Assembly: GCF_963921235.1 (NCBI RefSeq) | Contig: NC_086103.1 | Location: 162,192,001 to 162,256,000 of the forward strand | Direction of reading: 5' to 3' | Length of the DNA: 64,000 bases | Source: Mobula hypostoma | Taxonomy: Eukaryota | Shown: in pieces, positions 38,031 through 50,040 of the stretch | How the letters are laid out: every line of letters begins with the position of its first letter | Numbering within the stretch: position 1 is the stretch's first letter | Translations under genes and position numbers: made by a program | The notes under the pieces: generated by a model | The model's database searches: none | What the model saw: only the letters and a program-made list of their open reading frames with translations | Told to the model about the DNA's origin: nothing

Positions 38031-38370
38031 CACACTCCTCATCAGTCTACCATCCCTCCCTCAGGGCAAGACAGAGCTCACCAATTATCAGCCTAGTGTC
38101 CTCCCCTCCATACAATACAGTGCTCACCAATTATCAGCCTATCATCCTCTCCTCCGTGCAATACAGAACTCACCACTTATCAACCCACCATCCTCCCCTC
38201 TGTACAATGTAGCGCTCACCAATTATCAGCTTATCATCCTCCCCTCTGTACAATACAGTGCTCACCAGTTATCAGCCTATCATCCTCTCCTCTGTACAAT
38301 ACAGAACTCATCAATTATCAGCCTACCGTCCCTCCCTCTGTGCAATACTGCGCTCACCAATTATCAACCA
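38031..38370. repeat. 46-bp minisatellite, ~7.5 units
   Basis: ctcaccaattatcagcctatcatcctcccctctgtacaatacagtg units start at 38077, 38123, 38169, 38215, 38261, 38307, 38353. Confidence 0.92.
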
Positions 38371-38378
38371 ATAGAGTA

Positions 38379-38416
38379 CAGTCAACGTTTCAGGCCGTGA
38401 CCCTTCAGCAGGACTG
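38379..38416 (-). ncRNA. minimal type I hammerhead ribozyme motif (A6C core variant) at the Penelope 3' end
   Basis: CAGUC CUGCUGA AGGGUCACGGCCU GAAAC GUU GACUG. Confidence 0.65.
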
Positions 38417-40310
38417 GAGAAAAAAAAGATGAGGAGTCAGAGTTAGAAGGTGGGGGGAGGGGAGGAAGAAACACGAGGTGAAAGGTGAAACCGGGAGCGG
38501 GGAGGGTTAAGTAAAGAACTGGGAAGCTGATTGGTAAAAGAGATACAGGGCCGGAGAAGGGGGAATCTGATAGGAGAGGACAGAAGGCCATGGAAGAATG
38601 AAGAGGGGGAGGAGCACCAGGGGGAGGTGATGGGCAGGTGAGGAGATAAGATAAGTGAGGGAAATAGGAATGGGGAATGGTGAAGGATGGGGACAATTAC
38701 CAGAAGTTCCAGATATCAATGTTCATGCCATCAAGTTGGAGGCTGCCCAGACGGAATACAAGGTGTTGCTCCTCCAAACTGAGTGTGGCCTCATCATGGC
38801 AGTAGAGGAGGCCATGAATGGACATTTCAGAATGGGAATGGGAAGTGGAATTAAAATGGGTGGCCTCTTAGAGATCCCACTTTTTCTAGCGGATGGAGCG
38901 TAGGTGCTCAGCGAAGTGGTTTCCCAATCTGCGTCGGTCTCACCGATATACAGGAGGCCACACCAGGAGCAGTGGATACAGCAGATGACCCTAACAGACT
39001 CACAGGTGAAGTGTTGCCTCACCTGGAAGGTCTGTTTGGGGCCCTGAATGGAGCTGAAGGAGGAGGTGTAGGGGCAGGTGTACCACTTGTTCCGCTTGCA
39101 AGGATGAGTGCCAGGAGGGAGATCAGTGAGGAGGGGTGAATGGACAACAGAGTCGCGTAGGAAGTGATCCCTGTGGAAAACAGAAAGTGGGAGGGAGGGA
39201 AAGATGTGCTTGGTGGTGGGATCCTGTTGGAGATGGCGGAAGCTTCGGAGAATTATGTGCTGGACGCGGAGGCTGGTGGGGTGATAGGTGAGGACAAGAG
39301 GTACCTGGTGGGTTGAGGGCAGACATGCGCGAAATGGAAGAAATGTAGTTGAGGGAAGAGTTCATGGTGCAGGAAGGGAAGCTCTATTCTTTGAAGAAGG
39401 AGGACATCTGGAATGAAAAGCCTCATCCTGAAAGCAGATGCGGTGGAAACGGGGGAACTGAGAGAAGCAGGCATTTTTATATGTAACAGGGTGAGAGTCA
39501 GTGGGTTTATAAAAGACATCAGTAGTTAAGCTGTCTCCAGAGATAGTCATAGAGAGAATGAGAAAGGGGAGGTAGGTGTCAGAAATGGACCAGGTAAATT
39601 TGAGGGCAGGGTAGAAGTTGGAGGCAAAGTCGATGAAGTCGATGTAGCAGTCATCAATGCAGCATAGGAAAAGTTAGGGAGTGACACTAGTGTAGGCTTG
39701 GATGTAGCCAACAAAAAGGCATGCATAGCTGGGACCCATGTGAGTAACTTTTGTTTGAAGAAAGTGTGAGGAGCCAAAAGAGAAATCATTGAGAGTGAGG
39801 GCAAGTTCTGCTAGACAGAGCAGAGTGGTGGTGGAGGGGAACTGGTTGGGTTTGGTGTCCAGAAAGAAACGGAGAGCTTTGAGGCCTTCCTAGTGGGGGA
39901 TGGAAGTGTATAGGGACTGGACAGCCATGGTGAAAATAAGACATTAAGGGCCATGGAACTTGAAATTATTGAAAAGATCAAGGGTGTGTGTAGTGTCACG
40001 GATGTAGATAGGAAAGGACTGAACCGGCGGGGGGCGGGGGGGGCGGTGATAAAGCTGAGTCGAAGTTTGCAGATATGAGTTGAGTGGGGCAGGAACAAGT
40101 AGAAACAATGGGTCTACCTGGACAGGCAGGTTTGTGGAACTTGGGTAGGATGTAGAAACGGCAGGAGTGGGGTGCGCAAACAATGAGGTTGGTGGCAGTG
40201 GATGGGAGATCCCCAGAGATAATAATGTCGGTGATTGTGTGGGAGACCATGGCCTGGTGCTCCTTGGTGGGATCCTGTTTGAGGGGTTAAGTAAGAGGAG
40301 GTGTTTATTT
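38379..40310 (-). mobile_element. Penelope-like retroelement (RT + GIY-YIG), degenerate
   Basis: FYILPKFHKPACPGRPIVS, TTDVFYKPTDSH, FTCESVRVICCIHCSWCGLLYIGET. Confidence 0.9.
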
Positions 40311-40889
40311 TTTTTTCCAATCACGATCCCTCGCAGAACCCCTACCGACCTTTCACGGAACTCTGGTTGAGAAAACCTGGGGAAGATACCTGTGGTTAAA
40401 ATCTCTTTTCGAGAGCAGAACTTTAAGGTGAGAGGGGGCAATTTTTTTTCTCTAGAGAGTAGTAGGTCCCCAGGCCACACTGCCACAGTTTGCGGTGAAG
40501 GCAGACACAATGGTGGCGTTTAAGAGGTATTTAGACAGACACATGACATGAAGAGAATGGACAGAGATGAATTATGTGAACATATCTACCTGCTGTCTTC
40601 ATCCTTATTTTGGAGACTCATTCTAATATATAAAAGGGAATATATTTAAGGGCATTAGATCATCACGTGGCCAGGTCCAATTAAATGCAATATGGATTTT
40701 CAAATATACCACTGGAGGGGTCTAGGTTTTTAATACATTAAATAAAGATATGGAGGGGCAAGGACTTGGAGGGATTTCAATACAAGAATCAGATTTTAAA
40801 ATTAATACATTGGGGACAGGGATCCTAGTCATAAAATAGACATAGGTGCCTATTCTACCCGTGATGATCACATTTCAGATTCTTCCTGA

Positions 40890-41985
40890 ATCAACTACAG
40901 CTCGGCATTCAATACCATCATCACCTCAAAACTAATCAATAAGCACCAAGACGTTGGCCTCAATACCTCCTTGTGCAATTGGATCCTGGATTTCCTCACT
41001 TGTAGAGCCCAGTCAGTTTGGATAGGTAACAACACCTTCTCCATGATCTCCATCAGCACAGGTGCACCACAGGGCTGTGTGCTTAGTCCCTGCTCTACTC
41101 GCTTTACACCTATGGCTGGGTGGTTAAGAACAGCGCCAACACCATATCCGAGTTTGCTGATAACACCACTGTTGTGGGCCATATCAAAGGTGGTGACGAA
41201 TCAGCATACAGGAGGGAGATTAAGTATTTGGCTGAGTGGTATCATAACAATCTCTCACTCAATGTCAGCAAGACCAAGGAACTGATTGTAGATTTCAGAA
41301 GAGGGAAACTAGAGGTCCATGAGCCAGTAATCATTGGAGGATCGGAGGTGGAAAGGGTGAGCAATTTTAAATTCCTGGGTGTTACTATTTCAAAGGATCT
41401 GTCCTAGGCCCAACTCGTAAACGCAATTGCAAAGAAAGCACGACAGTGCCTCTACTTCCTTAGGAGTCTGCAGAGATTCTAAATAACATCTAAAACTTTG
41501 AGAAATTTCTATAGGTGTGTAGTGGGGAGTGTAATGACTGACTGCATCATGGCCTGGTATGGAAACACCAACTCGTTTGAATAGAAAATTGTACGAAAAG
41601 TAGTGGATTCAGCCCAGTACATTAGGGGTAAAGCCCTCCCAACCATTGAGCACATCCACATGAGACGCTGTTGTAGGAAAGCAGCATCCATCATCAGAGA
41701 TCCTCACCACCCAGGCCATGATTTCTTCTCACTGCTGCCATCAAGTAAGAAGGTACAAGGGCCTCAGGGCTTGCACCACCAGGTTGAAGAACAGTTACTA
41801 CCCCTCAAACACCAGGCTGTTGTTTACACATTTTGTTGTATTCTGTACTCTGGTTGATCCTTCATTGATCTTATTGTAGTTACTATTCTATAGGTTTACT
41901 GAGTATGCCCACATGAAAATGAATCTCAGGGTTGTATATGGTGACATATGTACTTTGGTAATAAAATTTACTTTGAACTTTGAAT
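40890..41985 (+). mobile_element. Rex1/Babar-like LINE 3' fragment
   Basis: [35 protein letters not shown]; tail tttactttgaactttgaa. Confidence 0.85.
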
Positions 41986-41989
41986 GATT

Positions 41990-42510
41990 CCTTAAGACAT
42001 AGGAGCAGAACCTTGGCCCTTTGTGTTTTCTCCGCCATTCCATCATGGCTGATTTATTCTCTCTCAACCCCATTCTCTCTGTAACCCTTGACACACTAAT
42101 CAACAACCTATCAACTGCCACTTCAAATACATCTAATAACTTGGCCCCCACAGCTGTCAGTGGCAACAAGCACCCTCTGGCCAAAGAAATTCTTCCTCAT
42201 CTCTATTCTAAAGGGGCATCCTTGAATTCTGAGGCTATGCCCTCTGGTCCTAGGCTCCCCCATTATAGGAAACATCTACTCTGTCTGGGCCTTTCAATAT
42301 TCCCCGAGCCATCAAACTCTCCTCATATGTTAACCCTTTCATGCCTGGGAAAATTCTTGTGAACCGCCTCTGGATCCTCTCCAATACCAGCATACCCTTT
42401 CTTAGATAAAGGGACAAAAAACTGCTCACAGTACTCTTAAGTGTGGTCTGACCAGGTCTTATAAAGCCTCAGTATTACATCCTTGCTTTTAGATTCTAGC
42501 CCTCAGAAAA
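41990..42510 (-). mobile_element. CR1 LINE 3' fragment
   Basis: taagacataggagcagaa tail and ORF2 similarity. Confidence 0.75.
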
Positions 42511-43476
42511 TGAGTTTTATCACCACTATCCTGGATTAACTGGTACTTTTTGCTATTAAAATTAATTTAAGTGAAACGAGTGTCTCGGTCAAGGACAGCG
42601 TTCACTGCCCTTCTACACAGGCCTTAAAGAAGAAGATGCTGAACCGCCATTGGGATAAATGATGTTTCATACTACTTTAAGGCAGAGTGTGATCTCCTTC
42701 CTACCCAAGTCCCTGAGGACGGAGTCAATCACCTTGTGGGGGTCTCTCCACAATGATTTACTGAGTTACTGCAATACATTGAGGACAGCATACTGTTAAT
42801 AAGTGATACTTTTGTGTGACATTATTATGTGCTGAATAAATGAGTTTTATTATGAACAAGGTATAAATTTAATATGAGGAAAAGGCAAACGTGAGGAAGT
42901 TTTGTTTCACATTGGGAGTATGGTACCGGAATAGTGGGGTCGTGGTTAGAATTTTTAAAAAAAATTATATTACTTACACTGCAAGCAAATGGAACTAATT
43001 CAAAAGCACTAATCAATGTATGAAACAAAAACACAGAGCATAATTCTCTGCTCCAAACTTTATGTTCCGATTTCCCTGTCTTGTCATCTTACAGTAATAT
43101 GGCATAGAAACAGACCCTTTGGCCCATCCTGTCCATGCCGACCTTTTGCCTATTAAGATAATCCCATTTGCTCCTGTTTGGCCATATCCCTCTAAACCCC
43201 TACGTATGTACCTCTCCAAATGTTTTTTGAATGTTGTTATTTCTCCCCCTACTTTGCAAAGTTCTATGTGAGGTTGTCCATTTGATTACTAATTGGATCA
43301 GCACCACTTTGTGGGCCGAAGGGTCTGTCCCTGTTTTATACTGTTCAATGTTCTATGTCTCCTTAAGATCCTTCCCTTCCAACAATGTTTTTCTCTCACT
43401 TACTTTTCCTATTTCCCTTGGTCAATATAGAGTCACACAACAATTGTAGAGGAGGCATCTGGATGTCATGTTAGTA

Positions 43477-43624
43477 CAGATCGACCTTCACTAATCTGAC
43501 TACCTGTAATCCAGTCCCTTCAATAATCCAGAATTGATAGATGTGATCCTTCTGTAATTTGGCATTTTCGCCAATCCGGCACTCCTCAGGTCCCAATGGT
43601 GCCGGATTAGTGAAGGTCGACCTG
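43477..43624. mobile_element. 148-bp Tigger/pogo-type MITE
   Basis: TA flanks; TIR CAG(A/G)TCGACCTTCACTAATC. Confidence 0.85.
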
Positions 43625-43738
43625 TACAAGCTCAATGCAAAAATCAGAATCAGGTTGAATAATACTGGCGTATATTGTGAAATTCGTTGTTTTCCGGCAG
43701 CAATACATTTTAATACATAATCAAAATTATTAGAAGTA

Positions 43739-44420
43739 CAGTGGATTCTGGATAATTGGGCCATCAGTAAGTCAGAGTCAAATCACTTATTTGGGATAAC
43801 ACTTCAAGAACAAAAACTAATTGACGAAACAGCCGTATTTCTTAGTTTATTTAGACTAAACCACTTAATTGGGGCAGGAGACTGTTGCCAGTTTCCAATT
43901 TGCATCAGTTGTGTGTACCTGCATCGCTCATGGACACAACACCGTGCTTAGAGCGAAGTTTTGAATAGCGCCAGTTGCATTGGCTTGTGTTCAAAAAGCA
44001 CTGATTTTTGGTGAGAAATCAGTAACAAGATCACTTAGAACTTATTTTGCTCACTGCGGTCTCAAGCATTCAGGCTTGGAGATGCCAGAAATGGCCGGGA
44101 GTGAAAATGAAACAATTTCACTACGTCAACAAGTTAGGAATTACATTGAAGGTATCAACAATCACCTTGAATGTTACAATGAAAATGAAGATTCGGAGGA
44201 TTCATTTGTCAAAAACATTGCATGAAGGCAGTCCATTATCTACACTAGACGTCTACACTGATTTTGTTCATTTACAGTCAATCAAAAGGATACGGTAGCA
44301 TACTGGCTGAATTCCTCCATCAATAACTTTAAAGAACTGATATTCAGCTTTATAGCACTGTAGTAGTATTTGTTCTGTATTTCATTTAAACACCTAATTT
44401 GTTACCAAATTAAATAGCAG
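43739..44420 (+). mobile_element. Tigger/pogo-derived element fragment
   Basis: TA-CAGTGGATTCTGGATAATTGGG end; FAHCGLKH and acidic C-terminal remnant. Confidence 0.6.
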
Positions 44421-44691
44421 TTTATAGATAAATTAAATAAGCAGCACAAAATGAGAGGAAATAAAATACGGTTGGGGCAATAGAAGAGGGATGGGCCAGT
44501 GTTCTGCTAGCTGCTCCACAACGTTTACCCGTCTCTATGCTGAGCTGAGGCTGTGGCCAGCAACCAATGAGCTCCAAGACCGGCTGCAGTGATGACCGGC
44601 TTCATGGCTGCACACTCACTTTTGTGAAATTCGTTCTGAACATTGTTTGCTCACTATTATAGTATTCACCATTTGTATTTTTTCCTGCACA

Positions 44692-45690
44692 TTCAAAGTT
44701 CAAAGTAAATTTATTATCAAAGTACATATATGTCACCATACACAGCCCTGAGATTCTTTTTCTTGTGGGCATACTCAACAAATCTATAGACTATAGACTG
44801 TAACAGAATCAATGAAAGACCGCTCAACTTGTGGATTCAATCAGAGTGCAGAAGACACCAAACTGTGCAAATGCAATAAGAAACAATAATATAAATAAAT
44901 AATAATTATCAAGAACATGAGATGAAGGGTATTTGAAAGTGAGTCCATTGGTTGTGAGAACATCTCAATGATGGGGCAAGTGAACTAATACTCCGAGTGA
45001 AGTTATCCCCTTTGTTCAGAGACTGATGGTTGAGGGGTAGCAACTATTCCTAAACCTGGTGGTACAAATCCGAAGGCGCTTGTATCTTCTTCCTGACGGC
45101 AACAGTGAGACGAGAACATGGGCTGGGTGATGGTGGATGCTGCTTTCCTGTGACAACGCTCCGTATTAATGGGCTCAATGATTGGGAAGTCTTTACCTGT
45201 GATGGACCGGGCCATATCCATTACTTTTTGTAGAGGTTTCCATTCAGGGAATTGGTGTTTCCATACTAGGCTGGCATGCAGCCAGTCAATATACTCTATA
45301 GGAGTTTGACAAAGTTTTAGATGTCATGCCAAATCATCGTAGACTCCAAAGGAAGTAGAGGTGCTTCCATGCTTTCTTCATAATTGCACACATGCTCGGC
45401 CCAGGACAGGTCCTCTGAAATAATAACACCTAGGAATTTAAACCCTCTCTGTCTCCGATCCTCCATTGAGGATTGACTCATGGACTACTGGTTTCCTTCA
45501 CCTGAAATCGACACTCAGATCCTGGGTCTTGCTGACATTGAGTGAAAGGTTGCTGTTATGGCACTACTCGGCCAGATTTTCAATCTCCTCCTGTGTGGTG
45601 GTTTATCACAATCTTTGATTCAGCCTACGGCAGCAAACTTGAATATAGCATTGAAGCTGTGCTTAGCCACATGGTCATAAGTGTAAAGCA
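44692..45690 (-). mobile_element. Rex1/Babar-like LINE 3' fragment
   Basis: ttcaaagttcaaagtaaatttattatc tail; homologous to 41200-41985. Confidence 0.8.
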
Positions 45691-45793
45691 AGTAGACTTG
45701 GGTGTTCGACAATTTTTTTTAAAAAGTGGGTTCTATTGGGTTTCTTTGTTTTGTGGCTGCCTGTAAGGAGATGAATCTCAAGGCTGTATAGAG

Positions 45794-46803
45794 CAAGGGT
45801 CTCCAACCTTTTTTGCACCACGGACCGGTTTAATATTGACAATATTCTTGCGGACCGGCCGACGGCGGGGGGGGGCAGGGGGGGTGTTAATCACGACTGG
45901 AATATAGGTGATAATTCAACTAAGGCACTTATAAGTGGCTAATAAACTCAATTTTGTTTCTAAAAGGGTTTATCTAATGAATTTAATATTAAACACACGG
46001 CGCATGTTTTCCTCGCATGAAAGTGATGTCAATTATAAGTCATTTATGAGTCAATAGCATCATAACATTTTAAGTAACATTTGGATATTAAACACAGCGC
46101 ATATTTTCCTCGTATGAACATATAAAATCATTGCAACACACCTACATTGCTGAATCAGTGGGAGCCCTGGGCTTGTTTCCGGTAACAAGATGGTCACATC
46201 GAGGGGTGATACTGGAAGGGGGTTCCTTATGTTCAGTCTATTCTGCTTCGCAGAGATATGATGTTGGAAATGGAAGCAATGTTTTCAGTGCTCTTGTGGC
46301 TATCTCAGGATACTCAGCCTTGACTTTGATCCAGAATGCCGGCAGAGATGTTATGTCAAACATACTTTTCAGCCCGCCGTCATTTACAAGCTCGAGGAGT
46401 TGATCTTCTTCCTGCGCTGACATGGATGACGCGTGTGTAATGACCTTGTGTGCGTTCAAGTTCAACAGTGGGCATGACAGGGCATGAGGAAAGGTGCAGC
46501 TGACTCATTACAAGGTTACCAGATTGGCTTTTTGGTCATCAAATCCAAGAAATCTGTGTTTTTCCCAATGTGGTTGTCGTCAGAAAATTCATCTGGCTTT
46601 TTGGCTTTTTCCTGGTTTTTTTACATGCTAAAATTATCTGCACGAAAATTACATTCTAAAACATTTTAAGAAAAATGTTTTTTTTGGTCAGTTACATTTC
46701 GCACCAAGAGTCTGAGCAAGAAGGCGCCAACCAGCAAGTCGGCAACACGGTCACGCTGCCAAATCATATTGTTTCCTCACGGCCCGGTGGTTGGGGACCA
46801 CTG
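45794..46803 (-). mobile_element. hAT-Charlie/Buster non-autonomous element
   Basis: TIRs CAAGGGTCTCCAACC / CAGTGGTCCCCAACC; 8-bp TSD GTATAGAG / GTATAGTG; FWIKVKAEYPEIATRALKTLLPFPTSYLCEA. Confidence 0.9.
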
Positions 46804-47340
46804 GTATAGTGCATACATACTTCAATAATAAATGTACTTTGAACTTCACATACAGTCGTTTTCAATGCTCAAGTAAACACGATGTTTGTTTTCACAATCC
46901 AGAAGATTGTGTATATCATTTCTGGGATGAGCTTCCTTTTAAATTGCAGAAATATTTCAGCACAAATTTAATTTCTTCAGCGACCCAGAATGGGATTTTA
47001 AATCTCTGGATTAACACTCAAGGGCTCTGTAAAAATACCCCAAAAGTGTGGAATCTGCAATAAATTGGCAATGCTGGAAATACATAGAGACCAAGGCAGC
47101 ATAATTCCAAAAATTTCCAATTTTAATTTAAAATTAATCACCCTGTTTCTACTCACAATGAAATAACCCTGACAGATGCTGGAAATCCAAAGCAACACAC
47201 ACAAAATGCTGGAGGAACTCAGCAGGACAGGCAGCATTTATGGGATAGCAGCATCTCAGCCTGAAATGTCAACTGTTTACTTTTTTCCATTGTTGCTGCC
47301 TGGTCTGCTGAGTTCCTCCAGCATTTTGTATGTGCAATTA

Positions 47341-47884
47341 CACTTAGTGCCCACTTTATTAGGTACACTTGTACCTTGCTCATTAATGCAAATATCTAAT
47401 CAACCAATCATCTGGCAGCAACTGAACAAAGAACAGCACACCAACATGGTTAAGGGGTTCAGTTGTTGCTCAGATCAGACATCAGAATGGGGAAGAAATA
47501 TGATCTAAGTAACTTTGACTGTGGAATAGCTGTTGGTACCAGACAGAGTGTTTTGAGTTTCTCAGAAACTGCTGACCTCCTGGGATTTTCATGCCCAACA
47601 ATCTGTAGAGTTTACAAAGAATGGAGCAAAAATCAAAAAAAAAACAACTAGTGAGTGGCAGTTCTCTGGGCGAAAATGCCACGTTAATGAGAGAGGTTAG
47701 AGAATGACCAGACTGGTTCAAGCTGACGGGAAGGAGACAGTAACTCAGATAACCACTTGTTACAACAGTGGAGTGAAGAGCAGCCTCTCTGAACACAATG
47801 CATTGAACCTTGAAGTGGATGGGTGACAGAGACAGAAGACCATATCAGGTTCATTCCTGTACCCAATAAAGTGGTCATTGAGTG
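47341..47884 (+). mobile_element. non-autonomous Tc1 element, same family as 10771-11337
   Basis: TA-flanked TIRs; MGKKYDLSNFDCGIAVG remnant. Confidence 0.88.
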
Positions 47885-47894
47885 TATTTTCATA

Positions 47895-47900
47895 TTTAAT
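47895..47900 (-). terminator. candidate LIPT1 polyadenylation signal ATTAAA
   Basis: About 180 nt after the LIPT1 stop; an AATAAA also occurs at 47355-47360 in a MITE end. Confidence 0.4.
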
Positions 47901-48076
47901 TTAGTAAAGTGGAGTATAAAAGAGAAAATGTTCTGGTAAAATTCATCTTTGAATAAGAGTTATAAAATAGAACAAACCCTCTCTAGATTCAAGCTAACAG
48001 CTTGCAGTTTCAGCTGTGTTAAATTCAAGTCTATCCAGATGTACAACATATCCTCTACAATCATTCAGACCAAAAA

Positions 48077-49204
48077 TTACATAATTGCCATAACTTGCTC
48101 ACAAAGTATATTCCATTTATTATGGAGTATGCTATCCTGGGGACAAACCCTTAAGTGGGCATTTGCCAAAACCATCGTTTCAGTGGGACAAAACTTGCTG
48201 CCGATGAGGTCTGTGGACAACTGATCACACATTTCCGAAGGCAGCCAGTCAGACAAGACATCAATGTTACAGGTTTCAATCCGGCCACGATTGATATTCA
48301 TACTCAATTTAACTTCTGCCCTTGATAAGTTATGGTCCACAGAGAAGGTGTGACAGACATTAAACGTGGGGGTTCTTCCATAGATCCAGTCCCAGCTTTT
48401 AAGCTCTTGCGTAAACCTGTCAACTCCTGGCAGCACCAATGTGTCTTTGGGATCTATGAACAAGATTTGGTTCTGGAGGCCATGGCGCCTTGAATATTCT
48501 GCTGCAATAGCATCCATCAAGATGTCGCAAGTGAGAGTGGGATCCTCTTCCTGGAGGTTTTTCACAATGGCAGGTATACTAGGGGTAGCATTGCTTTTCA
48601 GACCCTGATGAGGAGTGCAGAGCACAGAGGACAATAGGGAGCTATCTGAATTACAAAGCAAGGTGCAATGGTGGTAAGCAGTGGTCCTTCCGATCTTGGA
48701 GGCTGTCCCCGAGATCTTGAAGGCGCGGTTGAGCAGCAGATCCAGCCTGTCGGTGGCCATGATGTCCAAGTGAGGTCGAATTCCCTTCAGGGCAGAGATG
48801 ATCAGTTCCAGGTTGCCGCGCCTGTCGTATCGCTTCTTGGAGGTAAAGAAGGTCACGTTAATGTTGCCCAGGTCGTGGTAGACTGTGCCTCCCCCGCTTC
48901 TCCTGCGGCTGAGCTGGACGCCCTTGTGCCTCATGAGCTTCAAGTTGCATTCCTGCCAGGGGTTCTGGTGGCGGCCGATGACCACAGCAGGGCTATTCCT
49001 CCAGAGCAGGAGCATCTCCCGGTCCCGGGGCTCCACGCACTGGTGCAGCCAGTCCTCCAGCCCCAGGTTCTCGTAGACATCGGTGGATAGGGACTTGAGG
49101 ACAAGGGCGCCGGCCTTAGGGTCTTGCAAAGCGGTCAGAGCGGCGTACCGAGCAGGGGAGAGCCCTCTCCAAGCTGCTCGGAGACCAGCATGCAGGTAGG
49201 GCAT
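48077..49204 (-). CDS. LIPT1: mitochondrial lipoyl(amido)transferase 1, 375 aa, intronless CDS
   Basis: VVIGRHQNPWQECNL, RRRSGGGTVYHDLGN, KISGTASKIGRTTAYHHCTLL, C-terminal KWNILCEQVMAIM. First ATG at 49204 gives an Arg-rich, acid-free presequence. No stops or frameshifts. Confidence 0.96.
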   Translation of the reverse strand: MPYLHAGLRAAWRGLSPARYAALTALQDPKAGALVLKSLSTDVYENLGLEDWLHQCVEPRDREMLLLWRNSPAVVIGRHQNPWQECNLKLMRHKGVQLSRRRSGGGTVYHDLGNINVTFFTSKKRYDRRGNLELIISALKGIRPHLDIMATDRLDLLLNRAFKISGTASKIGRTTAYHHCTLLCNSDSSLLSSVLCTPHQGLKSNATPSIPAIVKNLQEEDPTLTCDILMDAIAAEYSRRHGLQNQILFIDPKDTLVLPGVDRFTQELKSWDWIYGRTPTFNVCHTFSVDHNLSRAEVKLSMNINRGRIETCNIDVLSDWLPSEMCDQLSTDLIGSKFCPTETMVLANAHLRVCPQDSILHNKWNILCEQVMAIM

Positions 49205-49450
49205 CAGGTCGCTGCAAAACCCAAACAGGCGTCCTGGCAAGCAGCGGGAGCAGACTGAAATGTGAGGCAAATTCACTCACCCGATCCCCTTCCTAGTGCT
49301 TCCACTCTTACATGCCGCACTTGGTTCCACTTTCCCCCTTCAGCAGCGTCTGTCAGTGTCACTGCAAACGCTGAGGGGACGCGTTTCGCCCTCGCATGCC
49401 GCCATCTACAGGCGGGAGTACCGCACAACACCCTGCGGATGTTATACAGG
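48700..49450 (-). promoter_or_regulatory. CpG-rich promoter/first-exon region with donor GG|GTGAGT (exon ends 49281) and CTCF/YY1-like motif at 49399-49412
   Basis: Strongest CpG/GC enrichment outside repeats, judged by eye; CCTGTAGATGGCGG matches CTCF core CCASYAGRKGGCRS at 13/14. Confidence 0.7.
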
Positions 49451-49529
49451 CAATTTACTGCCGAGGGGGATTCTGGGATGGCCCCACCTCCATTACTATA
49501 GCCGAAACACAGGCAAATCTGACAGTCAG

Positions 49530-50040
49530 GTCAGAATCAAGAATCCCGTTTATTATCACTGACATAAGTCGTGAAATACGTTCTTTTGTAGCAGTGGTAT
49601 AGATCAAAACGTAGAGAAATTACAATAAATTACAAAAAAATGAACAAATAAAAAGTACAAAAGAGGAACTGCGAGGTAAGTGTTGATGGGTCCATGGACC
49701 GTTCAGAAATCTGATAACAAAGGGAAAGAAGTTGTACACGGAACGTTGTGAGGGTCTTCAAGTTTCTTTACCTCCTTCCTGATGGTAGCATTCCTGATGG
49801 TAGCAGTGAGAAGAGAATCCTGGCTGATGAAGATCCTTAACGTTGGCTGTTGACTTCCTGAGGCACTGACTTTTGAAGATGTCCTCAATGGTGTGGCAGC
49901 TTGTGAGTGATGGAGAAGTCTAAAAACCTCTGCAGCCTCTTTCAATCCTGGGCATTTGACCCTCCATATAAGACAGTGATGCAAACAGTCAGAGTGCTCT
50001 CCACAGTACATCTGTAGAAATATTCTAGAGATAGCATGGG
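49530..50040 (-). mobile_element. LINE 3' fragment immediately upstream of the LIPT1 promoter
   Basis: tcagaatcaagaatcccgtttattatcactgac tail; RCTVESTLTVCITVLYG. Confidence 0.75.

Noticed and set aside
38031-38370. CRISPR-like array
   Set aside because: Whole units repeat with no unique spacers; eukaryotic context; no cas genes
48668-49090. 140-aa plus-strand ORF
   Set aside because: Antisense shadow of the GC-rich LIPT1 CDS
48077-49204. Calling this gene LIPT2 (also on human 11q) or a processed pseudogene
   Set aside because: Motifs are LplA/LIPT1-type; the ORF is intact and the vertebrate LIPT1 CDS is normally single-exon
49205-49276. 24-aa N-terminal extension of LIPT1 in the ORF track
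   Set aside because: It starts at a GTG within the splice-donor region; the ATG at 49204 gives the expected length and a presequence
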